Part shown: piece after piece, positions 1 through 12,098 of the stretch
How positions within the stretch are numbered: the first letter of the stretch is position 1
Layout of the letters: each line of letters opens with the position of its first letter
Assembly: GCA_009602735.1 (NCBI GenBank)
Contig: WELA01001079.1
Coordinates: 244,440 to 299,833 of the forward strand
DNA length: 55,394 nucleotides
Direction: 5' to 3'
Source of the DNA: Mesotaenium endlicherianum
Taxonomy: Eukaryota
Notes under the pieces: generated by a model
What the model was told of the DNA's origin: nothing
The model's input: only the letters and a program-made list of their open reading frames with translations
Databases searched by the model: none
Position numbers and translations under genes: made by a program

Positions 1-330
1 GGGGGGGGGGCGCTGACAGGTGCTGCGTGGCGGCACTTGGGCCTGCTGTTGCCCCCCTCGCCCATTGTGTGTTTTTTGTGTGGGGGGGGCGGGCCTGCTG
101 CTGCTTCGCCTGCCTTGTTGCGTGCTCTTTTGAGGGGGAGAGCAAACCTGTTGCTGCCTCGCCCACGCCTTGCCTGTTGTTGTGTGGTCGGGCCGGCCTG
201 TTGCTGCAGCCTGCTTTTAACCCTTGCTTTATTGTCCTGGGGCGGAGAGACCTGCTGCAGCAGGCTGCTGCCCCCTTGCGTGTTCCCTTGTGCAAGCAGG
301 AGCAGCTGCTCCCCCCTATGCGTTGATCCG
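1..330. repeat. GC-rich minisatellite, same family as the array at ~10000-10570 but in opposite orientation
   Basis: Recurring units such as tgtgtggggggggcgggcctgctgctgc and ttgcgtgttc are reverse complements of units at 10130-10560. The array runs off the left edge. Confidence 0.7.
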
Positions 331-514
331 TTTGCATGATCTCGTGTTTCCCTTTACGTCTTTGCGCTGCTCCCTCCCTCTCCTGTCCCCTCTTCTCTCC
401 TCTCTCTCTCCTTTCATGCTCGACGGCCCAGCGGGCTGCCCCTCTTTGTGGTTTTATGCAATTTTCTAATTGCATTGTTGTTGTTTAGTCGCAGGCTATT
501 GCTTGAGCATCAAC

Positions 515-1102
515 ATGAACTTTTGCTTTGCACGGGCAAAGATTTTCACTGTCATGGCTCTCCTCATTGTCATTTTTGCGGTCCAGCAGTGGGGCTCCAT
601 GCAGCAGGCCTTGAGTGATATCTTGCAAGATAATGTTTAAGAGGTACACGTGGTAGTTGAGAGACAGGCTAAGGACCAAATGCAAAGAATTGCACATTTC
701 AATATGTAACATAGTTTGCTAGGGTATCACGTTAGGGTTGGGAAAAGAAAACGTAAGGAGCGTACTGTTTATGTGCACCTTCGAGACAAGAAATGGTTCG
801 AGGAAATAGTGCTCAAGAACTTTGACACACCACCATGGAAGAAATTTTTTAGAGTACCTAAAATAATTTTTTTTGAGCTGGTAAATCGCGTCCATCCTTA
901 CGTAGTGAAAGCTACAACAGACTTTATCAAAGTACCGGTCAGTGAAAGAGTGGTTGCTACATTAATGAGATTGGCCGAGGGATGTTCATTGTCTTTTGTC
1001 AGTGAGCTTTTGGGTATTGGAGAAGCAACTGTTTGTATAGCTGTGAAGCAGGTATGTGCTGCAATCGTCTTATCTGATAGCAAGCGTGTAGAGTAAACTT
1101 TG
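515..1102 (+). pseudogene. PIF/Harbinger (HARBI1-like) transposase, N-terminal part
   Basis: ORF 716-1096 reads WKKFFRVPKIIFFELV...VSERVVATLMRLAEGCSLSFVSELLGIGEATV, the typical Harbinger N-terminal HTH region. The frame extends upstream to ATG 515 through two TAA stops and is cut at 1103 by an LTR element. Confidence 0.85.
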
Positions 1103-1845
1103 TGTAAAGTCATAGGTTTGTAAAGTGCATTTTTGAGTTTCATGAAAGTAAGCTTGGATTGTATAGTAGTGTAGAATGCATTTTTGTGATCATTTTGATA
1201 AAAAGTTCATCGAATTTGGTCAAGTAGTGAGAGAGTTACGGATATCTGAAGTTTAATTAGTTCTGAGGTCGGTTGACGACTCTCCTTAATTTGCGGTGAG
1301 CGCGACTGTCGGATTGACCGACAGCGTCCAGCGGTCTGGCCCGTTAGAATGAACTCGAACCTTCACGTAAGTTCGACTGACACGGAGTGCCGACTAGGTC
1401 GATTTACCTGAAAATTTTGGTTTAGCCTAGCGCGTCTAAGATAGAAGATTCTAGTAATGTCGATGCATGTATGTGGATGTCAATTCGGCCCGACAAGTCA
1501 GATGAGACTGATCTGGCTTACTCACGAATATTCTGGACGGGACAATATGACGAACACTTAGAAAAATCTGTAGCTACCTCCTAGGGAGGAGCACTTAGGC
1601 AGAAAAATATAAATAGCTATAACTTCTATATTTCTCATCAATTCTCACTTCTGTAAATTTCTACGGGTTTGTGATGAAAAGGCCTTCCATCCTACATCAT
1701 TTGTGAGCAGTTTCTTGCTACTCAAAACGTTGAGTAATTTCCTAAGCTTTTTTAGTGACATGCCGCTGCACTCTTTAGTATGATTGCAACTAGTTCTTTT
1801 CCTCGTGAGTCACTACGCTTCCGCTAGGGCACTCTGCCCCTTTCA
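1103..1845 (+). repeat. 5' LTR, gypsy family A
   Basis: tgtaaagtcatagg...ctctgcccctttca; roughly 90% identical by eye to 6167-6908. Confidence 0.95.
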
Positions 1846-1847
1846 TC

Positions 1848-1859
1848 TGGTATCGGCGC
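1848..1859 (+). promoter_or_regulatory. Primer binding site, degenerate tRNA-iMet type
   Basis: tggtatcggcgc 2 nt after the LTR; the canonical plant site is TGGTATCAGAGC. Confidence 0.75.
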
Positions 1860-1882
1860 TGCGCTAGATTGCATATTATATT

Positions 1883-2585
1883 ATGGAGTCGCAGCCGGCA
1901 GCTGGAGGAGGTGAACATGTGGAGCATGTTGAGCGCGCAGAGCAGGAGGCAGGACCAACGATGACCAGAGAGCATCAAGAGATGCAGGCGATGCTGAGGC
2001 AAATGGCAAATGCAACTGGAGGAGATTTGTACGCCTAAGTTCAACAAAATATGCGCGCGGAGGTGGAGAGAATGGTGCGATTTGTTGTTGGAAACACCTG
2101 TTTGACGAGTTCGGCACCTGCACCTGTTGTACCACCGATTCATGTTAATCCAGTGGTGCAACTAGTTATTCCACCCGCATCGGGAGTGCATGCGCCTAAG
2201 CCTGAAGTGTTTATAGAAGAGCGTGGATCGCCGCCTGTTCATCAATGGATTTTGATAGTGAAGAAGTTTATGGAGTATTCTGCGCTCACGCCCGACAGGC
2301 ATGTCGCCTTTGTCATAACTTTGCTGCAGAGAAGTGCTGGAGCTTGGTATGAGCAACAGGAGCAACTTTCTGGAGGTCCTGCTACATTTTGGACCTCAAG
2401 CCCCAAGCACGAGTGTTCAAGGCCCAATACCTATAGAGTTGGGACTTGTGCAGTACCAGCGCAGGCAGCAGAATTTCAAGGCGAGAGGACCTTGCTATAA
2501 TTGCGGCAAGCTTGGACATCTGGCTCAAGACTGTCATGTGAAGGCGAAGCAACCTCAACAGCAGGAAAAAGGAGGACGCCAGTAA
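1883..2585 (+). pseudogene. gag: Gypsy gag, internally deleted and frameshifted
   Basis: PKPEVF...QWILIVKKF...LLQRSAGAWY (retrotransposon gag) jumps to GPIPIEL...CYNCGKLGHLAQDC (CCHC zinc knuckle). Confidence 0.85.
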
Positions 2586-2599
2586 GTCGTTCTGGGGTG

Positions 2600-5500
2600 T
2601 CTACTGGCGTGAAGAACTCACAAGGAGGTTATCCCCAGAAGCCTGTCGAGAAGCGAAAGACGACATGTTGACAACCCTATTATCATAAAAGGAGTGGTCG
2701 ACGGCAACAAGGCGAAGTGTATGGTCAACAGTGGCGCAAGTGCAAACTTTGTGCACAAGAAGCTGGTGAAAGAGTGGCAAATCCCTGTGCAAGAGCATTG
2801 TGAGCCTAAGGGAGGCAATTTTGGCGGATGGGCAGAGACTCAAGTGTGGTGCACCTACGGATGCTATTCACGTGGAAGTAGCGGGGCACCGGAGTAAGGA
2901 AGTTGTGGAGCAGGCGGAGTTGGGTCACCATGAGGTGATATTGGGCCGATCATGGCTGAGGAAAGCCAACCCTCAAGTGCACTGGAGCACAGGATAAGTG
3001 AAAGTCGAAGGGCGTGATGGTCAAATGGAGAAAGCGAAACAGGTGGAGGTAGATAAGACCACAAGTAACTGTCTTCTGTTGAGCCGGCAAGTTAAGAAGC
3101 TATGCAAGACGAATCAGGTGAAGGAGATGTACCTTGTTTTGGTGGCCCTGGCCAGGTCATCAGATGGAGCAAGCGTAAATCCTAACAGACTGGGCGAATG
3201 TACATCGCTGGAGGAGCAAGTAGTGGTGTCTGATCCCCTTGCTCAGAAGGAGCAGAGCCCAACTGCTCAAGAGAAGAAGCCTGCTGAGATGCCTGCCCAC
3301 ATTAAGGCGCTGTTGGAGGAGTTCAAGTGTGTATTTCCTGAGGAGCTACCTGCAGGATTTCCTCCACAGAGAGCTATGGAGCACAAGATGGAGTTGGAAC
3401 CAGGGAGCAAGCCACCAGTAAGACCCGCCTATCGTCAATCGTTTGCGGAGTTGGATGAGTTGAAGAAGCAGCTGACAGAGTTATTGGGGAAGGGTTTTAT
3501 GCGACCCAGCGAGTCTCCATTTGCAGCGCCAGTCTTGTTTATGAAGAAGAAGGATGGGACTATGAGGATGTGTGTCGACTATCGGGCTCTCAACAAGGTC
3601 ACCATCAAGAATAGGTACCCACTTCCACGAGTGGACGAGTTGATTGACAGGCTTGTCAAGGCAAAGTATTTCTCGAAGATCGATTTGAGGAGTGACTATT
3701 ACCAGGTACGAATTGCGGAAGGAGATGTTAAGAAGAGTGCTTTAAGAACTCGTGATGGTTTATTCAAGTTCACCGTCATGCCTTTTGGATTGACTAATGC
3801 ACCTGCTACATGCATGGGACTCATGAATAGTATCTTCAGACCCTATTTGGACCAGTTTGAGGTGGTATTTTTGGACGACATCTTGATCTATTCGAAGACC
3901 TTGGAAGAGCATGTGGAGCATCTGAGGAAGGTGTTGGAGGTCTTGAGAGATCAAAAGCTGTATGGGAAGATGAACAAGTGCGACTTTTTTCTCAAGGAAG
4001 TTGAGTTTTTTGGACACATAGTGGGAGCTGAAGAAGTCAAGGTGGAGCAGAAGAAGGTGCAAGCAGTCAGAGATTTGTCGATACTTGCTGATATTCATTA
4101 ACTTAGGAGTTTCCTCGGCATGGCGAATCATTATCGACGTTTCATTGAAGGATTTGCCAAGGTGTGTGCACCGCTGACGGACATGTTGAAGAAGCAGGAG
4201 AAGTGGCTATGGGGTGTCAAGGAGCAGCAAGCTTTTGAGAAGATTAAGGTGCTGTTGACACAGGCCCCTATGTTGGCAATTGCAAGTCCAGAGCTTCCTT
4301 TCACCATCATCACAGAAGCATCGAATTTCGCAGTGGGAGCCATTCTTCTCCAAGACCAAGACAAAGGATTGCAGCTTGTGGCATATGAGAGCAAGAAGTT
4401 GAGTCCTGCGAAGCAGAATTGTGCAGCACACGAGCGGGAGATGTTGGCTATTATCCAGGCTTTGAGGGTTTGGCGAAGTTATGTGGATGGCCGGAAATTG
4501 TACATCGAGACCGACCACAAGAGCTTGGAGAAGTTCATGACGCACCCAACGTTGACACCAAGACAGGCAAGGTGGATAGAGGTTCTGCAACAGGTCCACC
4601 ACAAGATTCAGTACTTACCTGGGAAGATCAACCCTGCAGACGCTTTATCCAGCAGGTGTGACCTTGCGGCTGTCTCGGTCATCAAGGAGATTGTGGACTT
4701 CAAGGAGAAGCTTCAAAGAGGATATGAGGAGGATCCACAGTTTGCTGATGGTGGAGCAGCGGAGTTCAACGCGAGTATGCAGAAGAAGGACGGCATATGG
4801 TATTATGGTGATTCCAACAGAGTGGTGGTACCTGACATCAAGGAGCTACGAGACTTACTACTTGCGGAGCATCATGACTGCTTATATGCTGGACACTTTG
4901 GAAGCGAGAAGACGGCAATCGTGCTGAAGCGAGAATACTATTGGAGAAATATGGACAAGGGCATCGAGGAGTGGATCAGGAGTTGCGATGCGTGCCAGCG
5001 AAACAAGACACCAAACCAAAAGAAGGGAGGTACATTAGAGCCCCTACCTATTCCAGAATATCCTTGGGAACAGATTGCTATGGACTTCGTCACATCTTTA
5101 CCAGTTAGTGGTCAAGGGCACGATGCAGTATGGATTGTGTTTGATAGACTCAACAAGATGGCACACTTCAATCCCATGAAGGAGACTTCTACCGCAGCAG
5201 ATGTGGCATAGCTGTTCTTGGATCATATTTTCAATCTACATGGTTGCCGAAGGTGATTGTTTGAGACCGAGATCCAAGGTTTACTAGCAACTTTTGACGG
5301 TCATTGTTTATTGTGATGGGGACCAAGTTGATCATGAGCACTTCCTATCATCCTTAGACAGACGGGCAGAGTGAGAGGCTCAACACAACTCTGCAAGAGG
5401 TGCTCAGGAGTTTCACTATGGAGGACCCTTCAGAGTGGGACAACAAGTTGCCAGGATTGGAGTTTGCCAACAACAACAACATGCAGGGATCGACCAAGCA

Positions 5501-6179
5501 GTCACCATTCGCTATGGTTTATGGGCGAGAAGTATATCATCCAGGGAGCATTTTGTTGGAGAGGGCCAAGGAGACTCAGGTTCCTACTACACAAGCTTTT
5601 ATGGAGGAGATGGCCAACACTTGGGACATGGCGAAGACGTGGATTTGGAAGGCATAGGAAGAGCAGGTCAAGCATGCTAACAAGCACAGGAGAAAAGTGA
5701 CATTCCATGTGGGTGACAAAGTACTCTTGTCAACAGAGAATCTACCTTTCACGGGCAAAAGGAAACTGCGGGCACGGTTCACAGGTCCCTTTGTGGTGCT
5801 CTAGCAGGTTAATCCAGTGACCAACAAGTTGGAGCTCCCTTCAAGCTGGCGTATCCATGATGTGTTCCATGTCAGTTGTTTGCGGCCATACGTTGACCCG
5901 AATGAAGGACATCCAGGACGACTACCTACACCGCCACCACCGGTCGAGATCGATGATGTATTGGAGTATGAAGTGGGAGCAATTGTCGGCAATCGACGAG
6001 TCAAGCAAGGTCAACAACTTGTCCAAGAGTATCTGGTCAAGTGGAAAGGATACCATGCGGACAACAACACTTGGGAGCCGGAGGCCAACTTGACTCATTG
6101 TAAGAGTAAGTTGAGACGTTATCTGCAGAATGCGTCAAGGACGTCGCATCTTGAGGAGGGGGATGATGTAAGGTCATAG
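2600..6179 (+). pseudogene. pol: Gypsy pol: protease, RT, RNase H, integrase, chromodomain; multiple stops and frameshifts
   Basis: MVNSGASANF (protease DSG mutated to NSG), [42 protein letters not shown]...CDAC, IAMDFV, and chromodomain EYEVGAIV...YLVKWKGY...NTWEPEANL. Start coordinate approximate. Confidence 0.95.
6153..6166 (+). promoter_or_regulatory. Polypurine tract
   Basis: gaggagggggatga directly before the 3' LTR. Confidence 0.85.
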
Positions 6180-6908
6180 GTTTATAAAGTGCATTTTTGA
6201 GTTTCATGAAAGTATACTTCGATTGTATAGTAGTGTGGAATGCATATTTGTGATCATTTTGATATAAAGTTCATCGAATATGGTCAAGTATTGAGAGAGT
6301 TATGGATTTCCGAAGTTTAATTAGTTTTGAGGTCGGTTGACGACTGTCCTTAATTCGCGGTGAGCGCGACCGTCGGATTGACCGACAGCGTCGAGCGATC
6401 TGGCCCGTTAGAATGAACTCGAACCTTCACGTAAGTTCGGCTGACGCGGAGTGCCGACTAGGTCAATATACCTGGAAGTTTCGGTTTAGCCTAGCGCGTC
6501 TGAGATAGAATATTCTAATAATGTCGATGCATGTATGTGGACGTCAATTTGGCTCGACACGTCAGATGAGTCTGATCTCGCTTACTCACAAATAATCTGG
6601 AAGGGACAATTTGACAAACACTTAGGAAAATCCGTAGCTTCCTCCTAGGGAGGAGCACTTAGGCAGAAACTTATAAATAGACATCTTCTTTGTTTCTTAT
6701 CAGTTTTCATTTCTGTAAACTTCTACGGGTTTGTAATGACAAGGCCTTTCATCCTACATCATTTGTGAGCAGTTTTTTGCTACTCAAACCGTTAAGTAAT
6801 TTTCCTAAGCTTTCTTAGTGATATGCCGCTGCACTATTTAGCATGATTGCAACTAGTTCTTTTCCTCGTGAGTCACTACGTTTCCGCTAGGGCACTCTGC
6901 CCCTTTCA
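6167..6908 (+). repeat. 3' LTR, gypsy family A
   Basis: tgtaaggtcatagg...ctctgcccctttca; direct repeat of 1103-1845. Confidence 0.95.
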
Positions 6909-6913
6909 CTTCG

Positions 6914-7653
6914 AGTGCTGCACTTCAGAAAATCATGGACAACTTCAAAGAGCTTCATGGATGGAAAAGTATTGCTGCAACCATCGACTTACACACATAA
7001 AAATCAGAAGACCATTTGGCAGGGATGGTGCCTGCTACCACGACAGAAAAGGTGATCATAGTATTACTTTGCAAGCCGTAGTAGATTCTAAGGGTTGTTT
7101 TTTAAGCGTCTATGGTGGATGGCCTGGCTCAGTTCATGGTTGTCGCGTATTCAAAGCGTTTTCTTTACATGTTGCCTATGTAGGAAAAAGGCATGTGTTG
7201 GCAAATTCCGCCGCTATTGAGACAGATGCCGGCCATCTTGTTAGACCATACTTACTGGGCGATGCTGGTTACCAGTTGATGCCTTGGGTCATAACACCGT
7301 ATGGTAAGCCGAAGTGCAAAAAGAATGTTTTGAATAAGGTGTTCAACTTCGAACATTCGAGTCAAAGGATGTCAATAGAAAGGACATTTGGTTTTTCCAA
7401 ATATACATGGCGTTTGTTTAGCGGTGTAGATAGATCTGTGAAGCATGATACAAAGTCTGTAAGTGTCATCTTAATGGCTGGTTGCATCTTGCACAAGTGG
7501 CTCACATATATTAAGCAATTAGATAGAGAAGGATATACCTTGCCTGAACCAACGCTGGTGCATGGTCATCATGAGGCACAAGAACCAGTTGTTCGAGAAG
7601 ATAATGTAATGAGGGGCATTTGGCGAGATGCATTCTGTGCACCTATTCCATAG
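6914..7653 (+). pseudogene. PIF/Harbinger transposase, DDE catalytic (DDE_Tnp_4-like) part
   Basis: IAATID/THIKIRRP (frameshift in the IDGTH motif), YHDRKGDHSITLQAVVD, GWPGSVHG (D to G), YLLGDAGY, RMSIERTFG, CILHKW. It rejoins 515-1102 in frame once the LTR element and one TSD are removed. Confidence 0.92.
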
Positions 7654-8282
7654 CTCATTGTGCCAAAGTTTTTTAAAGTGAGTTTCTCTTATTTGTAAGC
7701 AATTTCAAAAGGACCTCATGAAGCCATAATTATATTGTATACAAACGTCAGATTCATTTTGCCTTTGCTTCTTCTGCTTGTTTCTTATGCATTTATGGTT
7801 GGAGGTAATGTGATTGTCCACCACTTGCAATGTATATTATTCTGAGTTTGCAATTGAAGTGATGTGTACATAGCAAGTTGACATTGACGTGGGTACAAAT
7901 ATTACATGTACGTTCAAATGAATGTGCCTAATAAAGTTGCACATGACAAGTATGCATATGAATAGAGAATAACAAAATCTGTGCTAAAGCACCAGAAGGT
8001 GGACAATTATGGTGTCAAACATTAATGGATGTGTGTGGGTACTAAAAGCACTATTGAACTATTTTACATGCTAATGGGAAAACCTTTTATACGGGAAAAT
8101 CGTGTAGCTAGACACTATTACCACCACCACAACCTGACTTAGTTGAGCATCACTGTGTAAAAAAATAGAGTAATGTCCTTACTCTCCAAGCTTGCCCATC
8201 CCTTCTTACACCAATAAAATTAATATAGAATTTTCTCTTACCTGTGGCAAGAGAGATGCAAGCTTCACATTCTAATGTTTAT

Positions 8283-11200
8283 TCATTTGTGGGGGATTGT
8301 TTTCTCTTGTATGCTTGCAAATATCTGTGCAAGTGCATTGATACTGCTGCTAATAGCAGTGCCAATCTCCTTGGCACACTGCAACTGGGTAGCCATAGCT
8401 ACCTTGGCAATTTCTTTCTGATGTGCACTTGCAGCATCCACTAGAGTCGTGTCTTGGCGCATGCTTCTCATGCCCTCAATCTGCATCTTCGTCATTGTCA
8501 TGAAGTCATTCTTCACAGCTTCAGAGGCCACTTATGGGCACACACGCGGGCGTTTTTTTGAGCTTCCAAAATCCTGCACGAGAAGAGCAAGTACGGCAAC
8601 TTAATAATTTTGCGGTACAACATATTAAATAATAGGATGCGCGCATATACAGTGGTTATATGCACAAAGACACAAGTGCTCGTCATGTATACTCTTCGCC
8701 AAAAGTGGTGCAATTGGAATGCCATCCACGTTCTCTGCATTGTTAGAGACTGGTGCCGGCGGTTCGTTGTCCATAGCGGCGTAATGAGCAGCTTTGATAG
8801 CCGCTATAGCCGCTTGGTTTTCCGGAGCCCATTGGTCAAATTCCTCCTGCCACAAAAGCACATAGACATATAAATAAATCCCACATGAGAATGCAACTTG
8901 TGCCATAAAAGCATGACTGTGGCTAACTGATGCAAACACTAGCCACAACACATGCATTGGTGTCAATAGGTGAACAAACTCTTGTGAAATAAAGTTTGCT
9001 CACCACTATCAGGTTCCACATGGGAAATTGTTGCGCCCTGTTGACCCTCTTCGAAGTGTCCCTAGCAGTGTTGAGGCCACTGTCCACAAGTTGAAGATTG
9101 GAGTGCAACTCTGCTGTCCACATTCCACCTAGGCCATCGATGACAGTCCTGAACCTATATGAACCGATTTCTTCGTCCCCATCTTCATGACCGCGTACAA
9201 CGTGACCACAACTTCCCGTAGCAAATTGACCACACACACCTTGTAAAATCATTCCCTGCCAGCAAAACAAGGTAGAAATTCTTTGAATGTATGAAAAACA
9301 AGAGAGGACGGTTATTTTTGATGTGAGAAATGGAAAGACAACAACATTGCATATACACAACGTACTTTTATAAGCACATAAAATATACCTTCACCGTGGC
9401 CATGCTAAGTGGAGCAGGCTCCAAGTCCTCGTTGAATGTAGTGAATTCAAGGGCAAACTCTTTGGTAGTAGTCACTTCCATGCGTGTGAGACCACTTATT
9501 GCTATCAGAGACGCCGCGCCAATCTCCCCTGCTTGCATCCGATGGGTAATAGAGGCATCACATGAAGAACTCGTGGCCTGCACACATGCACTCCATGATG
9601 CACAATAAGACATCGTGTAAGTTGCTGACACTGGTGCTCCTTGGAATTGTAAGAAACAAAACCTCCAGGTTAAATTACAACTAGCAGCTCCCTCTTCCCA
9701 ATCTGCCCCTCTGCCCTCTCATGCTCACTGCCCCTCTGCCCCTCTCTGTCCTGTCTAGCCCTCTGCCCTCTTTGTCCCTCCTTGGCCCTGTCTGCCCCTG
9801 CAGCCTCTGCAGCAACAAGCCTGCCCGCCTCACACAAGCACACACAGGGCGGGCAGAACCAGCAGCATGCAGCAACAGGCCCAGGTGCCGCCAAGCAGCA
9901 CCTCACAGCACCCCCCTCTCCCCCCCCCCCCNNNNNNNNNNNNNNNNNNNNNNNNNNNNNNNNNNNNNNNNNNNNNNNNNNNNCTTCTGACAACACACAC
10001 ACCTCAACAAAGACGCAGCAGGTGCCGACATGCAGCCCCCCCCACCCCCCTTCTGACAGCACACACCCTCCTGGCCCCGCCAAAGGCGCTGCAGGGGCGT
10101 CGCGCTCTGCAAGGGGCGGGCGGAGCACCAGCAGGCCCCCCGCCGCACACAACAACACGAAACGGGTGGGCGGAGCACCACCAGCCTGCACCAGCAGGCC
10201 CGCCCGCCTTACACAACAACACGCAAAGGGCGGGCAAAGCAGCAGCAGAGCTCCCCCCGCCCCACATAAAAACACGCAAGGGGCGGGCGGAGCTGCAGGA
10301 GGCCCCCCCGCCCCACACAAGAACACGCAATGGGCGGGTGGAGCACCAGCAGGCCCCCCCCCCCAACACAACAACATGCAAGGGGCGGGTGGAGCACCAG
10401 TAGCCTGCAGCAGCAGGCCCGCCCGCCCCACACAACAACGCGTAAAGGGCGGGCGGTGCAGTAGCAGCCCCCCCCGTCCCACACAAGAACACGCAAGGGG
10501 CGAACGGAGCACCAGCAGTTTGCAGCAGCAGCTAACCCGCTCGCCCCCATACAAGAACGCAAGGGTCAGGCAGGTGCTCATGCTTGCCCAACACAAGCTC
10601 CGCCAGGCAAAGCCGAGCCAGCGCACAGGCCCCTCTGACTCTTTGCCATTATCTTTACCTCTGCCCCCTTTGCCCCTTTCTTGACAGAGCCACGCCAGCG
10701 CCTCGCAAGCCCCTTTGCCGCCTCTGCCCTTACTATACCCCTCTGCCGTTCTCTACTCTCTACCCCCTCTGCCCCCTTGCCCCTCTGCCCCTTTAACTTC
10801 CTCAGCGCCCGTACCTGCTCCTCCCTAGCCCTAAAGGGCCTCACTACCCCTATTTGCTGCTCTACCCTCTTGCTCCCTATTGCTCTCAATGTTGCTGAAT
10901 CACGCCCGCCCATTTCTTGGCCCAAATTGTACTTCTAAAATTTTGACAACAGGTACATGGAAGGCCACATGTACACATGCAAACACGCATGCTCTCATGC
11001 AAATGCATGAAGGAAGATTGACTTACCACATGGGTAGTGGTACTACGGAGTGAGCCATCATTTCTAATTGCTCTTGTTTTGGTGTCTGCGAGGTCCTCTT
11101 CCTCCCTTGTCACTTTCGCCTCGGGTGAGAAACCCAACATTTCACGTGCTGCAGCCTGAGCACTTTCAAGTGTCATGCACTGACCCCCTGTAGTAGACGG

Positions 11201-12098
11201 CTTGTCACCATCTGCCTTATCCATAGCTTTGAAGATGTCTACGTCGTAGTTGGAGACTAGTCACAAGAATAGTCAGTGACCATTTTAGTATAGCTTCTTT
11301 TCTTTCGCCCTCACTCATTTCATAGTACGACTTGGGGGCTCCGGACAGTTTGTTGAGATCTATGATGGCCTTGTAGCCTGCGAGTAAGTTATTCCATTTG
11401 TTGATGCATTGATTTGGTGCCAACTATATCTGAACTTTGCCAACACAAGTGCTATAGTTGTCCATTCGTCCGCTACAGTTCTGTGCACAGATTTTCCCTT
11501 TGTTTTGAATCCACCCACACCCCCAAGCAGACGTCCTTTACCCTGCAAAAGATCTTTCAGATCTTCCTTTGACTTCTTGTTCTTACTCTTCTCCCTCCTC
11601 ACACCCTCGTCTATGGCAATTTGTACGAGAAGTAAGACAGCTTCTTGCGGCCACAAATCTGTCAATTGTGTTTCTGGTTCATTTTGAACATGTGGTTCAT
11701 TTTGACATGTGCTACCGCCACAAGAGCTACAACTTGTTGTGGCACTTCAACCATGCGAGCCTCTCTTCGGTAGTAACAGCGTACTTTTACCTATACCTAC
11801 AGGTGCGGACAACGAAGAAACCATTAAGCAATAACAGGCTGGACCCGGGATCCAAAGTGAGAGCCAACACCGAGGGGCAGCAGCCTCTTCGTTTTCGTGT
11901 GGGCTTGCATAGGGGGGCAGAACCCTTCTCGTGTTTTAGTGAAGTTTCACGTCGATGTCTAAAAATTCTACTGGTCATTCTTAAGACATTTTCTTGGCGT
12001 TTTGGCTTCAAAAGGCGAAGTGAAACTACGTAGCATGGTACAGAAGGTGGGGTTTGCTTTTTACTTTTGATGCTTGAGTCAGTCCTATTTGACTCCAC
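8283..12098 (-). pseudogene. Myb/SANT-like (trihelix) DNA-binding protein, Harbinger partner ORF, multi-exon
   Basis: WPQEAVLLLV...DEWTTIALVL / QCINKWNNLLAGYKAIID...SYYEMSEGERKE at 11217-11665. Splice-like sites: donor 11026 (GTAAGT), donor 9388, and pyrimidine-rich CAG acceptors near 9256, 8848 and 8574. Coiled-coil-like last exon ends at 8283. Convergent with the transposase. The 5' limit is uncertain. Confidence 0.75.
9680..10880. repeat. GC-rich hairpin minisatellite (~51/63-bp units) with C/T-rich flanks, inside an intron of the Myb-like gene; contains an N gap
   Basis: About nine units of acacaa(c/g)aacacgcaa-ggggcgggcggagcaccagcaggcccccccgcccc at 10080-10570; ctgccc-rich flanks. Confidence 0.8.

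Larger units (their letters stand above)
1103..6908 (+). mobile_element. Full-length but decayed Ty3/gypsy chromovirus LTR retrotransposon (family A)
   Basis: TG...CA LTRs at 1103-1845 and 6167-6908. TSD ctttg (1098-1102) / cttcg (6909-6913). PBS, PPT and domain order gag-PR-RT-RH-IN-chromodomain are all present. Confidence 0.95.

Noticed and set aside
2560..2585. -1 frameshift slippery site at the end of family A gag
   Set aside because: The sequence is G GAA AAA, one change from G GGA AAA; it cannot be supported from a single decayed copy.
6847..6990. N-terminus of ORF 6847-7653 as the real transposase start
   Set aside because: The first codons come from the LTR and an off-frame stretch; the true upstream part is 515-1102.
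9670..10684. Long ORFs of 300-318 aa on both strands
   Set aside because: They arise from a GC-rich minisatellite with units in multiples of 3 and span an N gap; low complexity.
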